Assembly (NCBI GenBank): GCA_017620015.1
Contig: JAFZRE010000033.1
Coordinates: 146,530 to 210,529, forward strand
Source: Bacteroidales bacterium
GTDB taxonomy: Bacteria; Bacteroidota; Bacteroidia; Bacteroidales; ML635J-15
Length of the DNA: 64,000 nt
Reading direction: 5' to 3'
The position numbers and the translations under genes were made by a program. Shown piece after piece: positions 9,556 to 18,577 of the stretch. How positions within the stretch are numbered: the first letter of the stretch is position 1; every line of letters starts with the position of its first letter. The notes under the pieces were generated by a model that was not told the origin of the DNA, did not search any database, and saw nothing but the letters and a program-made list of their open reading frames with translations.

Positions 9556-10425
9556 ATGAGAAAAATATTATCGGCAATAATGATTTTGCTGCTTTCTGCG
9601 GGATTAGTTCTCGCACAGAATGTCATAACCAAAAAACCGTCGTCGAATTCAGGGAATTCAGGTACAACCACCACGACAACCACAGACAAGTCGTCAACTA
9701 CCAACGATGACAGCCAAGGTTCTACAGCAACAAAGGGAAATCCTAGCACACCATCCACAACTAACAGTACTGAAACATCGCCGTGGGCAAACACCACACC
9801 TACCGATGACACTCCGACAACGACAACTACTGCTAAATCGGATTTCACTCTCGACCACTTCATTATTGGCGGTGGTATAAGTGCAGGTGGATTGATTTCA
9901 ACCGATATTATCAGTACAGGCGGAATGCTGAATGCCGAATTTGAAGTAATGGTACAATTCAAACACCATCGTTTGGGAATTGGTGGAGACAAGACTTTAA
10001 TGCTTAACCTCAGGAACTTGGGAACTGTAATTGGCACCTTGGGCAAGTCAAACTGCAACCTCAACAAGGTATATTTCACATACGAATGGACTTTGTTCAA
10101 ACGCAGTCCAATCAACTTTACTGCTGGTTTCAAGGTCGGTTCTTTTGATGTAGGCAAATCTACATATAGAACAGAACAAGAAGAAGCCGACCAAAAAGTT
10201 ACAAAGTCACCTTTCTTCGCCGCTGCAGCAATAGCATTTGAAGTCGGACATCCTCGTTTCCTGCTTTACATTAAGCCAGAAATCGGTTTTCACTCATACG
10301 ACACAGGCTCGTGGAGAAAGGACATCTATGCAATGGCAACAGTCGGATTCCGCTGGAAGACTAAACGTCTTGACAAGTATGACAGTCTGAAGACAACGAC
10401 TGAACCAGAAAAGAAATATGAATAG
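9556..10425 (+). CDS. Hypothetical secreted protein with Thr/Ser-rich linker
   Basis: Signal peptide MRKILSAIMILLLSAGLVLA, ~70 aa of T/S/P-rich low complexity, then a C-terminal beta-rich region. Confidence 0.6.
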   Translation: MRKILSAIMILLLSAGLVLAQNVITKKPSSNSGNSGTTTTTTTDKSSTTNDDSQGSTATKGNPSTPSTTNSTETSPWANTTPTDDTPTTTTTAKSDFTLDHFIIGGGISAGGLISTDIISTGGMLNAEFEVMVQFKHHRLGIGGDKTLMLNLRNLGTVIGTLGKSNCNLNKVYFTYEWTLFKRSPINFTAGFKVGSFDVGKSTYRTEQEEADQKVTKSPFFAAAAIAFEVGHPRFLLYIKPEIGFHSYDTGSWRKDIYAMATVGFRWKTKRLDKYDSLKTTTEPEKKYE

Positions 10426-10451
10426 TATAATAAATTAAAAATAAGAAGATT

Positions 10452-10853
10452 ATGAAGAAATTAGTTTTAGTAATCATGATGGCTTGCATAGCTTTCTTAG
10501 GCTTTGCTCAGGACAAGAAAGCTGCAATGGAAGTAAAATCGACAGTTGCAAGCGGATTCGACAAATGCGCAATGTACCCTGGCGGCGAAAACGGTGTTAA
10601 TACATTCATACACAAGAACATCGACTATCCTATGGCAGCAATGAAGAGCGGCAAGGAAGGCAATGTAACAGTACGCTTTACAGTAAATACCGACGGTTCT
10701 GTGTCGAATGTGAAAGTTGTAAAAGGTCTTGAACCAAGCATCGATGCAGAAGCCGTAAAGGTTGTAAGCAAGATGAAAGGCTGGACTCCTGCAATGAAGG
10801 GTGGCAAGGCTGTCCCAATGGAATACGAAGTAAAATGCAACTTCCAGAAGTAA
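10452..10853 (+). CDS. TonB C-terminal domain protein
   Basis: Signal peptide plus YP..AMKSGKEGNVTVRFTVNTDGSVSNVKVVKG, a TonB_C-like motif. Confidence 0.75.
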   Translation: MKKLVLVIMMACIAFLGFAQDKKAAMEVKSTVASGFDKCAMYPGGENGVNTFIHKNIDYPMAAMKSGKEGNVTVRFTVNTDGSVSNVKVVKGLEPSIDAEAVKVVSKMKGWTPAMKGGKAVPMEYEVKCNFQK

Positions 10854-10872
10854 AAAAAATCTCTTTCTAACA

Positions 10873-10906
10873 GAAGCCTTCTGTCAAACGACGGAAGGCT
10901 TTTTTA
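10873..10906 (+). terminator. Intrinsic terminator
   Basis: gaagccttctgtc / gacggaaggcttt stem with loop aaac, followed by a T-run (10900-10905). Confidence 0.7.
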
Positions 10907-10957
10907 TTGCAACAACAAAAAAATACATTAACTTTGCCTCGTAACAAATTATCAACT

Positions 10958-11701
10958 ATGAACAAGATTGAAGAAGCGGCAAGAATCATTGCCAATGCAA
11001 AATGCCTGTGCGTATTCACCGGTGCAGGTGTATCAAAGGAAAGTGGAATCCCAACATTCAGGGGAAGCGAAGACAGCGTTTACGAAAACTACGACCAGTC
11101 GATGCTGGAACTAAACACCTATATCCGTCGCACCGAAGAAGCATGGCCTGTGGTCAACAAGGTGTTTTACAAGTTTTTCAAGGATGCACAGCCAAATGCG
11201 GCTCACACGACACTTGCAAAATGGGAAAAAGAAGGATTGGTCAAAGCAGTCATCACACAGAACATTGACTCGTTGCATCAGGCAGCTGGAAACAAGCACG
11301 TTATTGAGTTTCACGGTGGTAAGGGACATTTTGTCTGCCTTAAGTGTGGAAAGAAATACCCGACAGCTTCGCTACAACTCACAAATGAAGTTCCTCGTTG
11401 CGAATGCGGTGGCGTACTGAAGCCGGGGTTCATTTTCTTTGGCGAAGGGATTCCCGAGGATGCCTACAACGAATCGTTCGACCTTGCTGGAAAATGCGAT
11501 GTAATGCTGGTAATCGGAACAACCGGCGAAGTTCAGCCTGCAGCATATCTGCCCCACGTTGCAAAACAGCACGGAGCAAAAATCATTGAAGTCAACCCGC
11601 AGAAATCGGCATACACCGACAGGATTACCGACATTTACCTCGGCATGGGCGCAGTTGAAGCTATGACAAAGATTGATGAAGAAATACAAAAACTGAAGTA
11701 A
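10958..11701 (+). CDS. cobB: NAD-dependent protein deacylase (Sir2/CobB family)
   Basis: Start refined to 10958. GAGVSKESGIPTFRG, QNIDSLH, and a Zn ribbon CLKCG...CECGG. Confidence 0.85.
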   Translation: MNKIEEAARIIANAKCLCVFTGAGVSKESGIPTFRGSEDSVYENYDQSMLELNTYIRRTEEAWPVVNKVFYKFFKDAQPNAAHTTLAKWEKEGLVKAVITQNIDSLHQAAGNKHVIEFHGGKGHFVCLKCGKKYPTASLQLTNEVPRCECGGVLKPGFIFFGEGIPEDAYNESFDLAGKCDVMLVIGTTGEVQPAAYLPHVAKQHGAKIIEVNPQKSAYTDRITDIYLGMGAVEAMTKIDEEIQKLK

Positions 11702-11703
11702 AG

Positions 11704-12648
11704 ATGAAAATAGTACAGGTTGAATCGTTGGGCGTATCGAAGCAGGAACTCGAAAACGCCAAGCAGGAATTTGAAAGTTTAGGTCACCAATATACATACT
11801 ACACCGACATTCCAAAGGACGAGGACGAGCTGATTGCTCGCATGAAGGATGCAGAGATTGTGAATATCAGCAATATAAAGTTGACCGCAAGGGCAATAGA
11901 ATCCTGTCAGAACCTGAAATATCTGAACGTAGCCTTCACCGGCACCGACCACGTTGACATTGAATGCTGCCGCAAGCATGGCATAAAGGTCAGCAATGCC
12001 GCAGGATACTCGACCGAAGCAGTTTCGGAACTTGCCGTAGGTCTTGCCGTCGCACTGATGCGCAACTTCAGCCAGATGGATGCTAACACACGCAAGCTTG
12101 GAAACCGCAACAATTTCCTTGGCACCGAACTTTGCGGAAAGACAGTCGGCATTGTCGGAACTGGCAACATCGGACTTGCTACAGCAAAGATTTTCAAGGC
12201 ATTCGGATGCAAGATACTGGCATATAGCAGGACAAAAAAGGACATTGATGGCATAGACTACGTTACTCTTGACGAACTTTTTGCCCACTCCGACATCATC
12301 AGCCTGCATATTCCTGCAAATCCACAGACGAAAGGCTTGATTAGCAAAGATTTGCTTGCCCAAATGAAGAACTCGGCAATAATCATAAACACTGCCCGCG
12401 GTTCTGTTATGGACAATGCTGCACTTGCAGAACTGCTGATAGCAGGGAAAATCGCAGGAGCAGGAATCGATGTTTACGAAAGCGAACCGCCTCTGCCCGA
12501 GAACTATTCGCTCCTCTCCGCTCCCAACACCATACTTTTGCCACACGTCGGCTACGCATCGAAGGAAGCCATGCAGAAAAGGTTTGTCATTGTTCGCTCC
12601 AATTTGCACTCGTATCTACAAGGACGACAGGAAAATGTGATACTGTAA
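11704..12648 (+). CDS. D-isomer-specific 2-hydroxyacid dehydrogenase family protein
   Basis: VGIVGTGNIGLATA NAD-binding motif. NTARGSVMD and LPHVGYAS catalytic blocks. Confidence 0.85.
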   Translation: MKIVQVESLGVSKQELENAKQEFESLGHQYTYYTDIPKDEDELIARMKDAEIVNISNIKLTARAIESCQNLKYLNVAFTGTDHVDIECCRKHGIKVSNAAGYSTEAVSELAVGLAVALMRNFSQMDANTRKLGNRNNFLGTELCGKTVGIVGTGNIGLATAKIFKAFGCKILAYSRTKKDIDGIDYVTLDELFAHSDIISLHIPANPQTKGLISKDLLAQMKNSAIIINTARGSVMDNAALAELLIAGKIAGAGIDVYESEPPLPENYSLLSAPNTILLPHVGYASKEAMQKRFVIVRSNLHSYLQGRQENVIL

Positions 12649-12652
12649 TATA

Positions 12653-12689
12653 AAAAAATGGAATGTAGCGATTTTACATTCCATTTTTT
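12653..12689. terminator. Bidirectional intrinsic terminator (dehydrogenase / nqrF convergent ends)
   Basis: aaaaaatggaatgta (12653-12667) pairs with tacattccatttttt (12675-12689). Confidence 0.75.
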
Positions 12690-12693
12690 ATCT

Positions 12694-13947
12694 CTATCCA
12701 CCAAAATCATCGAATGCTATCATCTCGGGCGGAACGCCGTAGTCGTCGAGCATCTTGGTGACGGCAGCCGTCATCATTGGTGGACCACAAAGGTAGTATT
12801 CAATTTCTTCTGGCTCCTGATGGTTCTTCAGATAATTGTCCTCGATAACCTTGTGGATGAAGCCTACATAGCCGTCCCAGTTGTCCTCGGACTTAGGCTC
12901 CGACAAGGCAATGTTAAACGAAAAGTTCGGGAACTCGGCTTCAATCTGCTTAAAGTCGTTTTCGTAGAAAATTTCGCGGCGCGAGCGTGCTCCGTACCAG
13001 AACGAAACCTTGCGCGTTGTCTTCAAAGTCTTGAACAAGTGGAAGATATGAGAACGCATCGGAGCCATACCTGCGCCACCACCGATAAACATAATCTCGC
13101 GGTCGGTATCCTTGATGTGGAATTCGCCGTAAGGTCCAGAAATCATAACCTTGTCGCCCGGCTTGCGCGAGAAAATGAACGACGAGCATACACCCGGATT
13201 TACATTCATGAATGTTCCTGCGCTCCTATCCCACGGCGGAGTTGCAATACGGATGTTGAGCATCACCATATTGCTCTCGGCAGGATGGTTGGCCATAGAG
13301 TAAGCGCGGAAAGTCGGTTCGGGATTCGTCATCTTCAACTTCCAGATGCCAAGCTTGTCCCAGTCTTCCTTGAATTCGTCCTCGACCTCGATGTCCTTAG
13401 AATAATCGACAGTAACTTGCGGAACATCAATCTGTATGTACGAACCCGACTTGAAATTAAGAGTCTCGCCTTCGGGCAGCTTGACAACAAATTCCTTTAT
13501 AAATGTAGCCACATTGCGGTTCGACACAACTTCGCACTCCATCTTCTTGATTCCCATAATATCCTCGGGAATAACAAGTTTCATGTCGTTGCGAACCTTC
13601 ACCTGACAAGCCAGTCGCCAGAAGTTCTGTTGCTCTTTGCGTGTGAAGAAGCCCGTTTCGGTCGGTAGGATTCCGTTTCCACCCTGCACCACACGGCACT
13701 TACACATACCGCAACTACCACCGCCACCGCAGGCCGAAGGAAGATGGATGTTGTGTTCCTTCAAGGTTAGCATCAACGAGTTGCCAGTATCGACTTCGAG
13801 AGTATCTTTATCGTTAATCGTAATTTTCACCTTCGACTGAGGCGTAAGTTTTTTCTTGGCAAAAAGCAAAATTGCAACCAAGGCAACCATCACGACAAGG
13901 AAAACCGCAATGGCACTGATAAGAACTATAGATTGAAACAACAGCAT
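12694..13947 (-). CDS. nqrF: Na+-translocating NADH:quinone reductase subunit F
   Basis: N-terminal TM helix, 2Fe-2S CGGGGSCGMCKC, FAD/NADH blocks RAYSMAN and GGGAGMAPMRS. Confidence 0.95.
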   Translation of the reverse strand: MLLFQSIVLISAIAVFLVVMVALVAILLFAKKKLTPQSKVKITINDKDTLEVDTGNSLMLTLKEHNIHLPSACGGGGSCGMCKCRVVQGGNGILPTETGFFTRKEQQNFWRLACQVKVRNDMKLVIPEDIMGIKKMECEVVSNRNVATFIKEFVVKLPEGETLNFKSGSYIQIDVPQVTVDYSKDIEVEDEFKEDWDKLGIWKLKMTNPEPTFRAYSMANHPAESNMVMLNIRIATPPWDRSAGTFMNVNPGVCSSFIFSRKPGDKVMISGPYGEFHIKDTDREIMFIGGGAGMAPMRSHIFHLFKTLKTTRKVSFWYGARSRREIFYENDFKQIEAEFPNFSFNIALSEPKSEDNWDGYVGFIHKVIEDNYLKNHQEPEEIEYYLCGPPMMTAAVTKMLDDYGVPPEMIAFDDFGG

Positions 13948-13951
13948 AATC

Positions 13952-14569
13952 CTACAATTTTATTCCCATAAATCCCATGAATGCGAGTCCCATAAGACCG
14001 ACAATTATGAACGCAATGCCCAATCCATCAAGGGCTTTAGGTATCTTCGAGTATTTAATCTTTTCGCGGATGGCGGCAAGGCTGACAATTGCAAGCAACC
14101 AGCCTATTCCCGAGCCGAAACCGAAAACAGCAGCTTCGCCGACATTGGCATACGAACGTTCAGCCATAAAGAGCGAACCGCCTAATATTGCGCAGTTTAC
14201 GGCAATCAGCGGCAGGAAGATTCCCAGCGAATTGTACAACGACGGCGAGAATTTCTCAATCACCATCTCGACAAGCTGAGTCATCGAAGCCACAACTGCA
14301 ATAAACACTATGAATGTAAGGAACGACAGGTCAACATCGGCAAACGACGGTGAAATCCATGTCATTGCGCCCTTGCAAAGCAAATACTTTTCGATAAGGT
14401 AGTTGATTGGAACGGTAATCGTAAGCATAAACGCCACTGCAACGCCCAATCCGAACGAAGTCTTAACTGTCTTCGACACAGCAAGGTACGAGCACATTCC
14501 AAGGAAATATGCGAAAATCATATTGTCGATAAAAATCGACTTGACGAATATGTTAGCAATGTTTTCCAT
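13952..14569 (-). CDS. nqrE: Na+-NQR subunit E
   Basis: 205-aa polytopic protein at the expected operon position. Confidence 0.9.
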   Translation of the reverse strand: MENIANIFVKSIFIDNMIFAYFLGMCSYLAVSKTVKTSFGLGVAVAFMLTITVPINYLIEKYLLCKGAMTWISPSFADVDLSFLTFIVFIAVVASMTQLVEMVIEKFSPSLYNSLGIFLPLIAVNCAILGGSLFMAERSYANVGEAAVFGFGSGIGWLLAIVSLAAIREKIKYSKIPKALDGLGIAFIIVGLMGLAFMGFMGIKL

Positions 14570-15195
14570 TATTTACCCTCCTCCTTTTTCTGCTGGCGTG
14601 CGCGCTGTATCCACACTATCAATCCTACCGCTATCAACGCCATAGGCGGCATAATCATAAGTCCGTTGTTCATGTAGCCGGCATCGTAGAATGCCTGTGG
14701 CACAACCTGATAGTTCCAGATAGTACCGCTACCGAGCAATTCGCGGAAAAACGCAACCACTATCAATATGAAGCCGTAGCCCAGACCATTGGCAAGTCCG
14801 TCAATGAAGCTGCGGCGCGGACTGTTCGACATTGCAAAGGCTTCCAGACGTCCCATGACAATGCAGTTTGTAATTATAAGTCCCACGAATACAGAAAGTT
14901 GCTTGCTAATGTCGAACACGTATGCCTTTAGAAACTGGTCGACGACAATCACAAGGAAAGCCACAACGACAAGCTGAACTATTATCCTGATTCTGTTGGG
15001 TATAGTTTTTCGCAGCAGCGACACAATCACATTCGACAGTGCCACTACAAAAGTAAGGCTCAACGCCATAACCATAGCGGACTGCAACTTGACGGTCACA
15101 GCCAGCGCCGAGCATATACCTAATATCTGTACCGTAATCGGGTTGTTCCTGACTAGCGGATCTAAAAATATTCTTTCTTTCCTATTCTTTTCCAT
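14569..15195 (-). CDS. nqrD: Na+-NQR subunit D
   Basis: 208-aa polytopic protein. Its stop overlaps the nqrE start by 1 nt. Confidence 0.9.
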   Translation of the reverse strand: MEKNRKERIFLDPLVRNNPITVQILGICSALAVTVKLQSAMVMALSLTFVVALSNVIVSLLRKTIPNRIRIIVQLVVVAFLVIVVDQFLKAYVFDISKQLSVFVGLIITNCIVMGRLEAFAMSNSPRRSFIDGLANGLGYGFILIVVAFFRELLGSGTIWNYQVVPQAFYDAGYMNNGLMIMPPMALIAVGLIVWIQRARQQKKEEGK

Positions 15196-15200
15196 AACAT

Positions 15201-15842
15201 TTATTTCCTTGATTTTTCGATGTATGGCAAGTATTTATTCAAGCAAGACTCTATCATTTCGCTTACCGATGTTGAAGTTATTGTTGCTCCAGAAATTGCA
15301 TCGACTTCGTTTTCGTTCTGTGCGCCTCGCTTGTTAGTTTTTACCGAAACAAACTGATTCTCAGCATTGAAAATCTTCTTTCCAGAAAACTGCGACTGAA
15401 AATGTTCGGTAGCAATTTCGGCACCAAGTCCCGAAGTTTCCGACTTATGGTCGAAGTATGCGCCATAGACCGTATTAAGATCTTCGTCCAGTGAAATATA
15501 ACCCCAGATTGGTCCCCAGAGGCCTTTTCCCGAAAGCGGGAAAACATATTTCAAACCCTTGTCGGTCTGAGCTTTATACAAAACCTGAGCATCTTCTTTT
15601 TCAACCTCGTTGCCAGACGCGTCAACTGCGATTTCGGTCACGATTTTGGCGTAGGTCGATTCAACCTCCTTGGTCTCGACGTTTATCTTAAGAGCCGACA
15701 GAATGTTTCTTTTCTGCTCTATCTCGTAGTTTTTGGCTTGCTTTGGCTGAAGCAATACGGCGACAAGGCTCAGAGCACCAGCCACAACCACGACCAAAAT
15801 TATCGAGTATATAAATATGTATGAATTCTTGTTCCTGTCCAT
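15201..15842 (-). CDS. nqrC: Na+-NQR subunit C
   Basis: N-terminal TM helix. FMN-attachment motif ISGATITS. Confidence 0.9.
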   Translation of the reverse strand: MDRNKNSYIFIYSIILVVVVAGALSLVAVLLQPKQAKNYEIEQKRNILSALKINVETKEVESTYAKIVTEIAVDASGNEVEKEDAQVLYKAQTDKGLKYVFPLSGKGLWGPIWGYISLDEDLNTVYGAYFDHKSETSGLGAEIATEHFQSQFSGKKIFNAENQFVSVKTNKRGAQNENEVDAISGATITSTSVSEMIESCLNKYLPYIEKSRK

Positions 15843-15845
15843 AGC

Positions 15846-17033
15846 CTATCTGTTTTTTCTACGTCTTACGCGTCTTACTTTCACGCGTCTCAACCTCTTG
15901 TTAATGTTTGCCCTTACGACGCAATAGTCGATGAGCGGTGCAAAAATGTTCATCAGCAGAATTGCCAGCATCATACCTTCGGGATAAGCAGGGTTCAGGA
16001 TTCGTATCAGCATGGCCATCACGCCGATAAGGAAGCCATAAATGTATTTTCCCTTTTCGGTTTGTGCTGCGGTAACAGGGTCGGTAGCCATAAATACAGC
16101 ACCAAAGGCAAATCCGCCTAGGCACAGATGCCAGTACCAGTCGATTGGAGTGTACGATTGTAAGGCAAACGCCATTGCAGCACCGCCGGCAAATACCGAA
16201 AACATTATCTTCCAGCTTGCAATGCCAGTAAATAATAGTATGAATGCGCCCAAGGCGATTGCGATTATCGATGTTTCGCCAATTGAACCAGGGATTAGTC
16301 CGATAGTTAAATCCAAAATTGAAGTTGGCTCGCCAAATCCATTTGTTATCACATCACTACCCTCGCCTATCTGAGCCAATGGAGTTGCTCCCGAAAAGCC
16401 GTCCACAGCATTTCCGTCGGTCATTCCTGCTATCCAAATTTTGTCACCCGACATTTTTGAAGGATACGAGAAGAAAAGGAACGCACGCGCCAGCAAGGCT
16501 GGATTCACGATGTTCATTCCAGTTCCACCGAACAACTCCTTTCCTACCAGCACGGCAAAAGCAGTTGCCAGACCGACCATCCACAATGGTGTATCAACGG
16601 GCATTATCAACGGAATAAGCATTCCTGTAACAAGGAATCCCTCGTTGACCTTGTGCTTGCGTACCTGAGCGAAGGCAAATTCGATTGTCAAACCGACAAG
16701 GTACGACACAAGCAACAGCCAGAACACCTTGAGGAAGCCATACCAGAAGACTGTCCAGAAGCCAGTTTCGGCGAGTACTCCCATCGAGTAAAAATGTTGA
16801 TAGCCCACATTGTACATACCAAACAATAAACAAGGAATTAAAGCAAAAACGACAATAATCATCGTTCGCTTCATGTCTATTGCATCGCGGATATGCGAAC
16901 CATTTTCGGTAACATCCTTAGGCACAAAGAAAAAAGTCTCGAACGCCTCGAAAGTCGAGGTCATAAAAGGCATCTTCCCTAGCACCTTAGGCTTTATGTT
17001 GTCAATAATTTTTCGTATCGGATTCATAATCAA
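15846..17033 (-). CDS. nqrB: Na+-NQR subunit B
   Basis: 395-aa polytopic protein. GFSGATPLA FMN-attachment motif. Confidence 0.95.
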   Translation of the reverse strand: MIMNPIRKIIDNIKPKVLGKMPFMTSTFEAFETFFFVPKDVTENGSHIRDAIDMKRTMIIVVFALIPCLLFGMYNVGYQHFYSMGVLAETGFWTVFWYGFLKVFWLLLVSYLVGLTIEFAFAQVRKHKVNEGFLVTGMLIPLIMPVDTPLWMVGLATAFAVLVGKELFGGTGMNIVNPALLARAFLFFSYPSKMSGDKIWIAGMTDGNAVDGFSGATPLAQIGEGSDVITNGFGEPTSILDLTIGLIPGSIGETSIIAIALGAFILLFTGIASWKIMFSVFAGGAAMAFALQSYTPIDWYWHLCLGGFAFGAVFMATDPVTAAQTEKGKYIYGFLIGVMAMLIRILNPAYPEGMMLAILLMNIFAPLIDYCVVRANINKRLRRVKVRRVRRRKNR

Positions 17034-18362
17034 CTATTCCATTTCTTTACGTACTAAATCCAAGCCGTGACGAATCGTCTGCTGAACCGCAATCTTCGAG
17101 GTGCAAACAAATTCGCACAATGCCAAGTCCTCTTCTATAACTTCGTAAATGCCAAGTTCTTCCATCTTGTCGATATCGTCGGTCATTGCAGCTTTTACAA
17201 GCAGTTGCGGATAAATGTCGAGCGGACAAACCTTTTCGTACTGACCAGTAACGACGTATGCACGTTCTTCGCCGTGCATATTGGTGTCGAGGTTGAAGCG
17301 TTTCCACGGCATAAGCATCGAGAGGAAAGTCCGCGAGTTGCTGAACTTGTTTGCACCTGGCAACATCCAGCCGAACATTTCGTATTCGTCGCCTTCTGGG
17401 ATTACCGAAACCTGCATTTCGTTGAAGCCAAGATACGGATTATCAGTAACATTTATACCAGTTAGCACATTGCCGGAAATTATGCGGACATTTTCGGACA
17501 AGAGCATTCCGTTGCGCAACTGCGACAAGTCGGCACCTATGCGAAGCTTGTAATACTGCGGAGCAACTACTTCAGCGCCACAAACAGCTACAATCTTTTC
17601 TGGCTGATATTCACCATGTTTCAACAAGCGGCCAATAATTGGTAGATTCAAGGCGTTGATTGTCCACACCGTTTCACCCTTGTTGATCGGCTTCAACTTG
17701 TTTATCTGCGTACCGACAAGTCCTGCAGGATGTTTCCCAACGAACTCTGTCTTAATGATTTCAGGGTCATCGGGCATAAGCATAGCTAGACGCGAATCCT
17801 TTCCAAACGACAGATATATGTTTCCGCTTGTAAAATGATATAGCGCACGTATTGCAAGTTTCAGATAATCAACATCATCCTTCAGTGCGTACTCCACATT
17901 GCATGCTAGCGGAGCTGTGTCGATAAATGAGATGAAAATGTCGCGTGGAGTTACATTTGGATTCGCCACAATCCCGTAAGGACGCTGATTTATAAGCGGA
18001 TAAATGCCAGCCTTTGAAAAAAGCGTCTTTAAGTCTTCATTGGTGTCGAAGCTTACAGCCTCGTCGCTGCCATCGGCTTCAATTTCAACACGCAGAATCT
18101 TGCGTTTTTCACCACGCACAATGTTTTTGAGAACGCCCGAGCATGGAGACGCAAAGCATATTTCAGGCACGTCCTTGTCGTGGAAAACGACAGTTCCACG
18201 TTTCAGACGGTCACCTTCCTTGCAGTCCATCTTTGGTGTTATACCATGAAAATCTGTTGGTCTGATGCAGTATCGTTTAGGTGTCAACTTGCTAGAAACC
18301 AATTCTTCCGCCCCACCCTGCATCTTGATGTCCAAACCTTTTCTAATCCTTATAGTTTTCAA
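17034..18362 (-). CDS. nqrA: Na+-NQR subunit A (apparent TTG start)
   Basis: 442 aa, N-terminal (M)KTIRIRKGLDIKMQG typical of NqrA. The first codon at 18360-18362 is TTG and there is no in-frame upstream ATG. Confidence 0.9.
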   Translation of the reverse strand: MKTIRIRKGLDIKMQGGAEELVSSKLTPKRYCIRPTDFHGITPKMDCKEGDRLKRGTVVFHDKDVPEICFASPCSGVLKNIVRGEKRKILRVEIEADGSDEAVSFDTNEDLKTLFSKAGIYPLINQRPYGIVANPNVTPRDIFISFIDTAPLACNVEYALKDDVDYLKLAIRALYHFTSGNIYLSFGKDSRLAMLMPDDPEIIKTEFVGKHPAGLVGTQINKLKPINKGETVWTINALNLPIIGRLLKHGEYQPEKIVAVCGAEVVAPQYYKLRIGADLSQLRNGMLLSENVRIISGNVLTGINVTDNPYLGFNEMQVSVIPEGDEYEMFGWMLPGANKFSNSRTFLSMLMPWKRFNLDTNMHGEERAYVVTGQYEKVCPLDIYPQLLVKAAMTDDIDKMEELGIYEVIEEDLALCEFVCTSKIAVQQTIRHGLDLVRKEME

Positions 18363-18388
18363 AATACAATGATTAAAAAATTAAAAGG

Positions 18389-18396
18389 CAAAGTTA
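18389..18396 (-). promoter_or_regulatory. Candidate -7 box for the nqr operon
   Basis: TAACTTTG on the minus strand, ending 26 nt before the nqrA start. Confidence 0.35.
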
Positions 18397-18548
18397 AGGC
18401 TTGCCTTGCAGTCTATCGGTTAATGAAAGGTTAATTTATAAACAAGTTTTCAAACATCAAAAAATGCAATCCGAACATTGCACTTTGCTCCATATCAAGC
18501 AATTGGTAATTGTGAATAACTAATTTCGTTCCATACGATTTTTTCGTT

Positions 18549-18556
18549 TAATTTTG
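18549..18556 (+). promoter_or_regulatory. Candidate -7 box for dnaG
   Basis: TAATTTTG, ending 21 nt before the ATG at 18578. Confidence 0.4.
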
Positions 18557-18577
18557 CATCACAAATTTGAGTTTGGA

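Noticed and set aside
9396-10157. Long antisense or overlapping ORFs in the track: 9396-10157, 11779-12609, 12658-13668, 18548-19216, 21597-22337, 39579-40439, 53589-54206, 6344-7114 and 20865-21425.
   Set aside because: Each lies entirely inside a well-supported gene on the other strand or in another frame. Their composition is low-complexity or Arg/Cys-rich, typical of shadow ORFs.
10958-11701. The Sir2 gene as a defence-type (Thoeris/DSR-like) NADase.
   Set aside because: It is a short canonical sirtuin with a Zn ribbon and all CobB motifs. It has no partner sensor domain and sits in housekeeping context next to a dehydrogenase.
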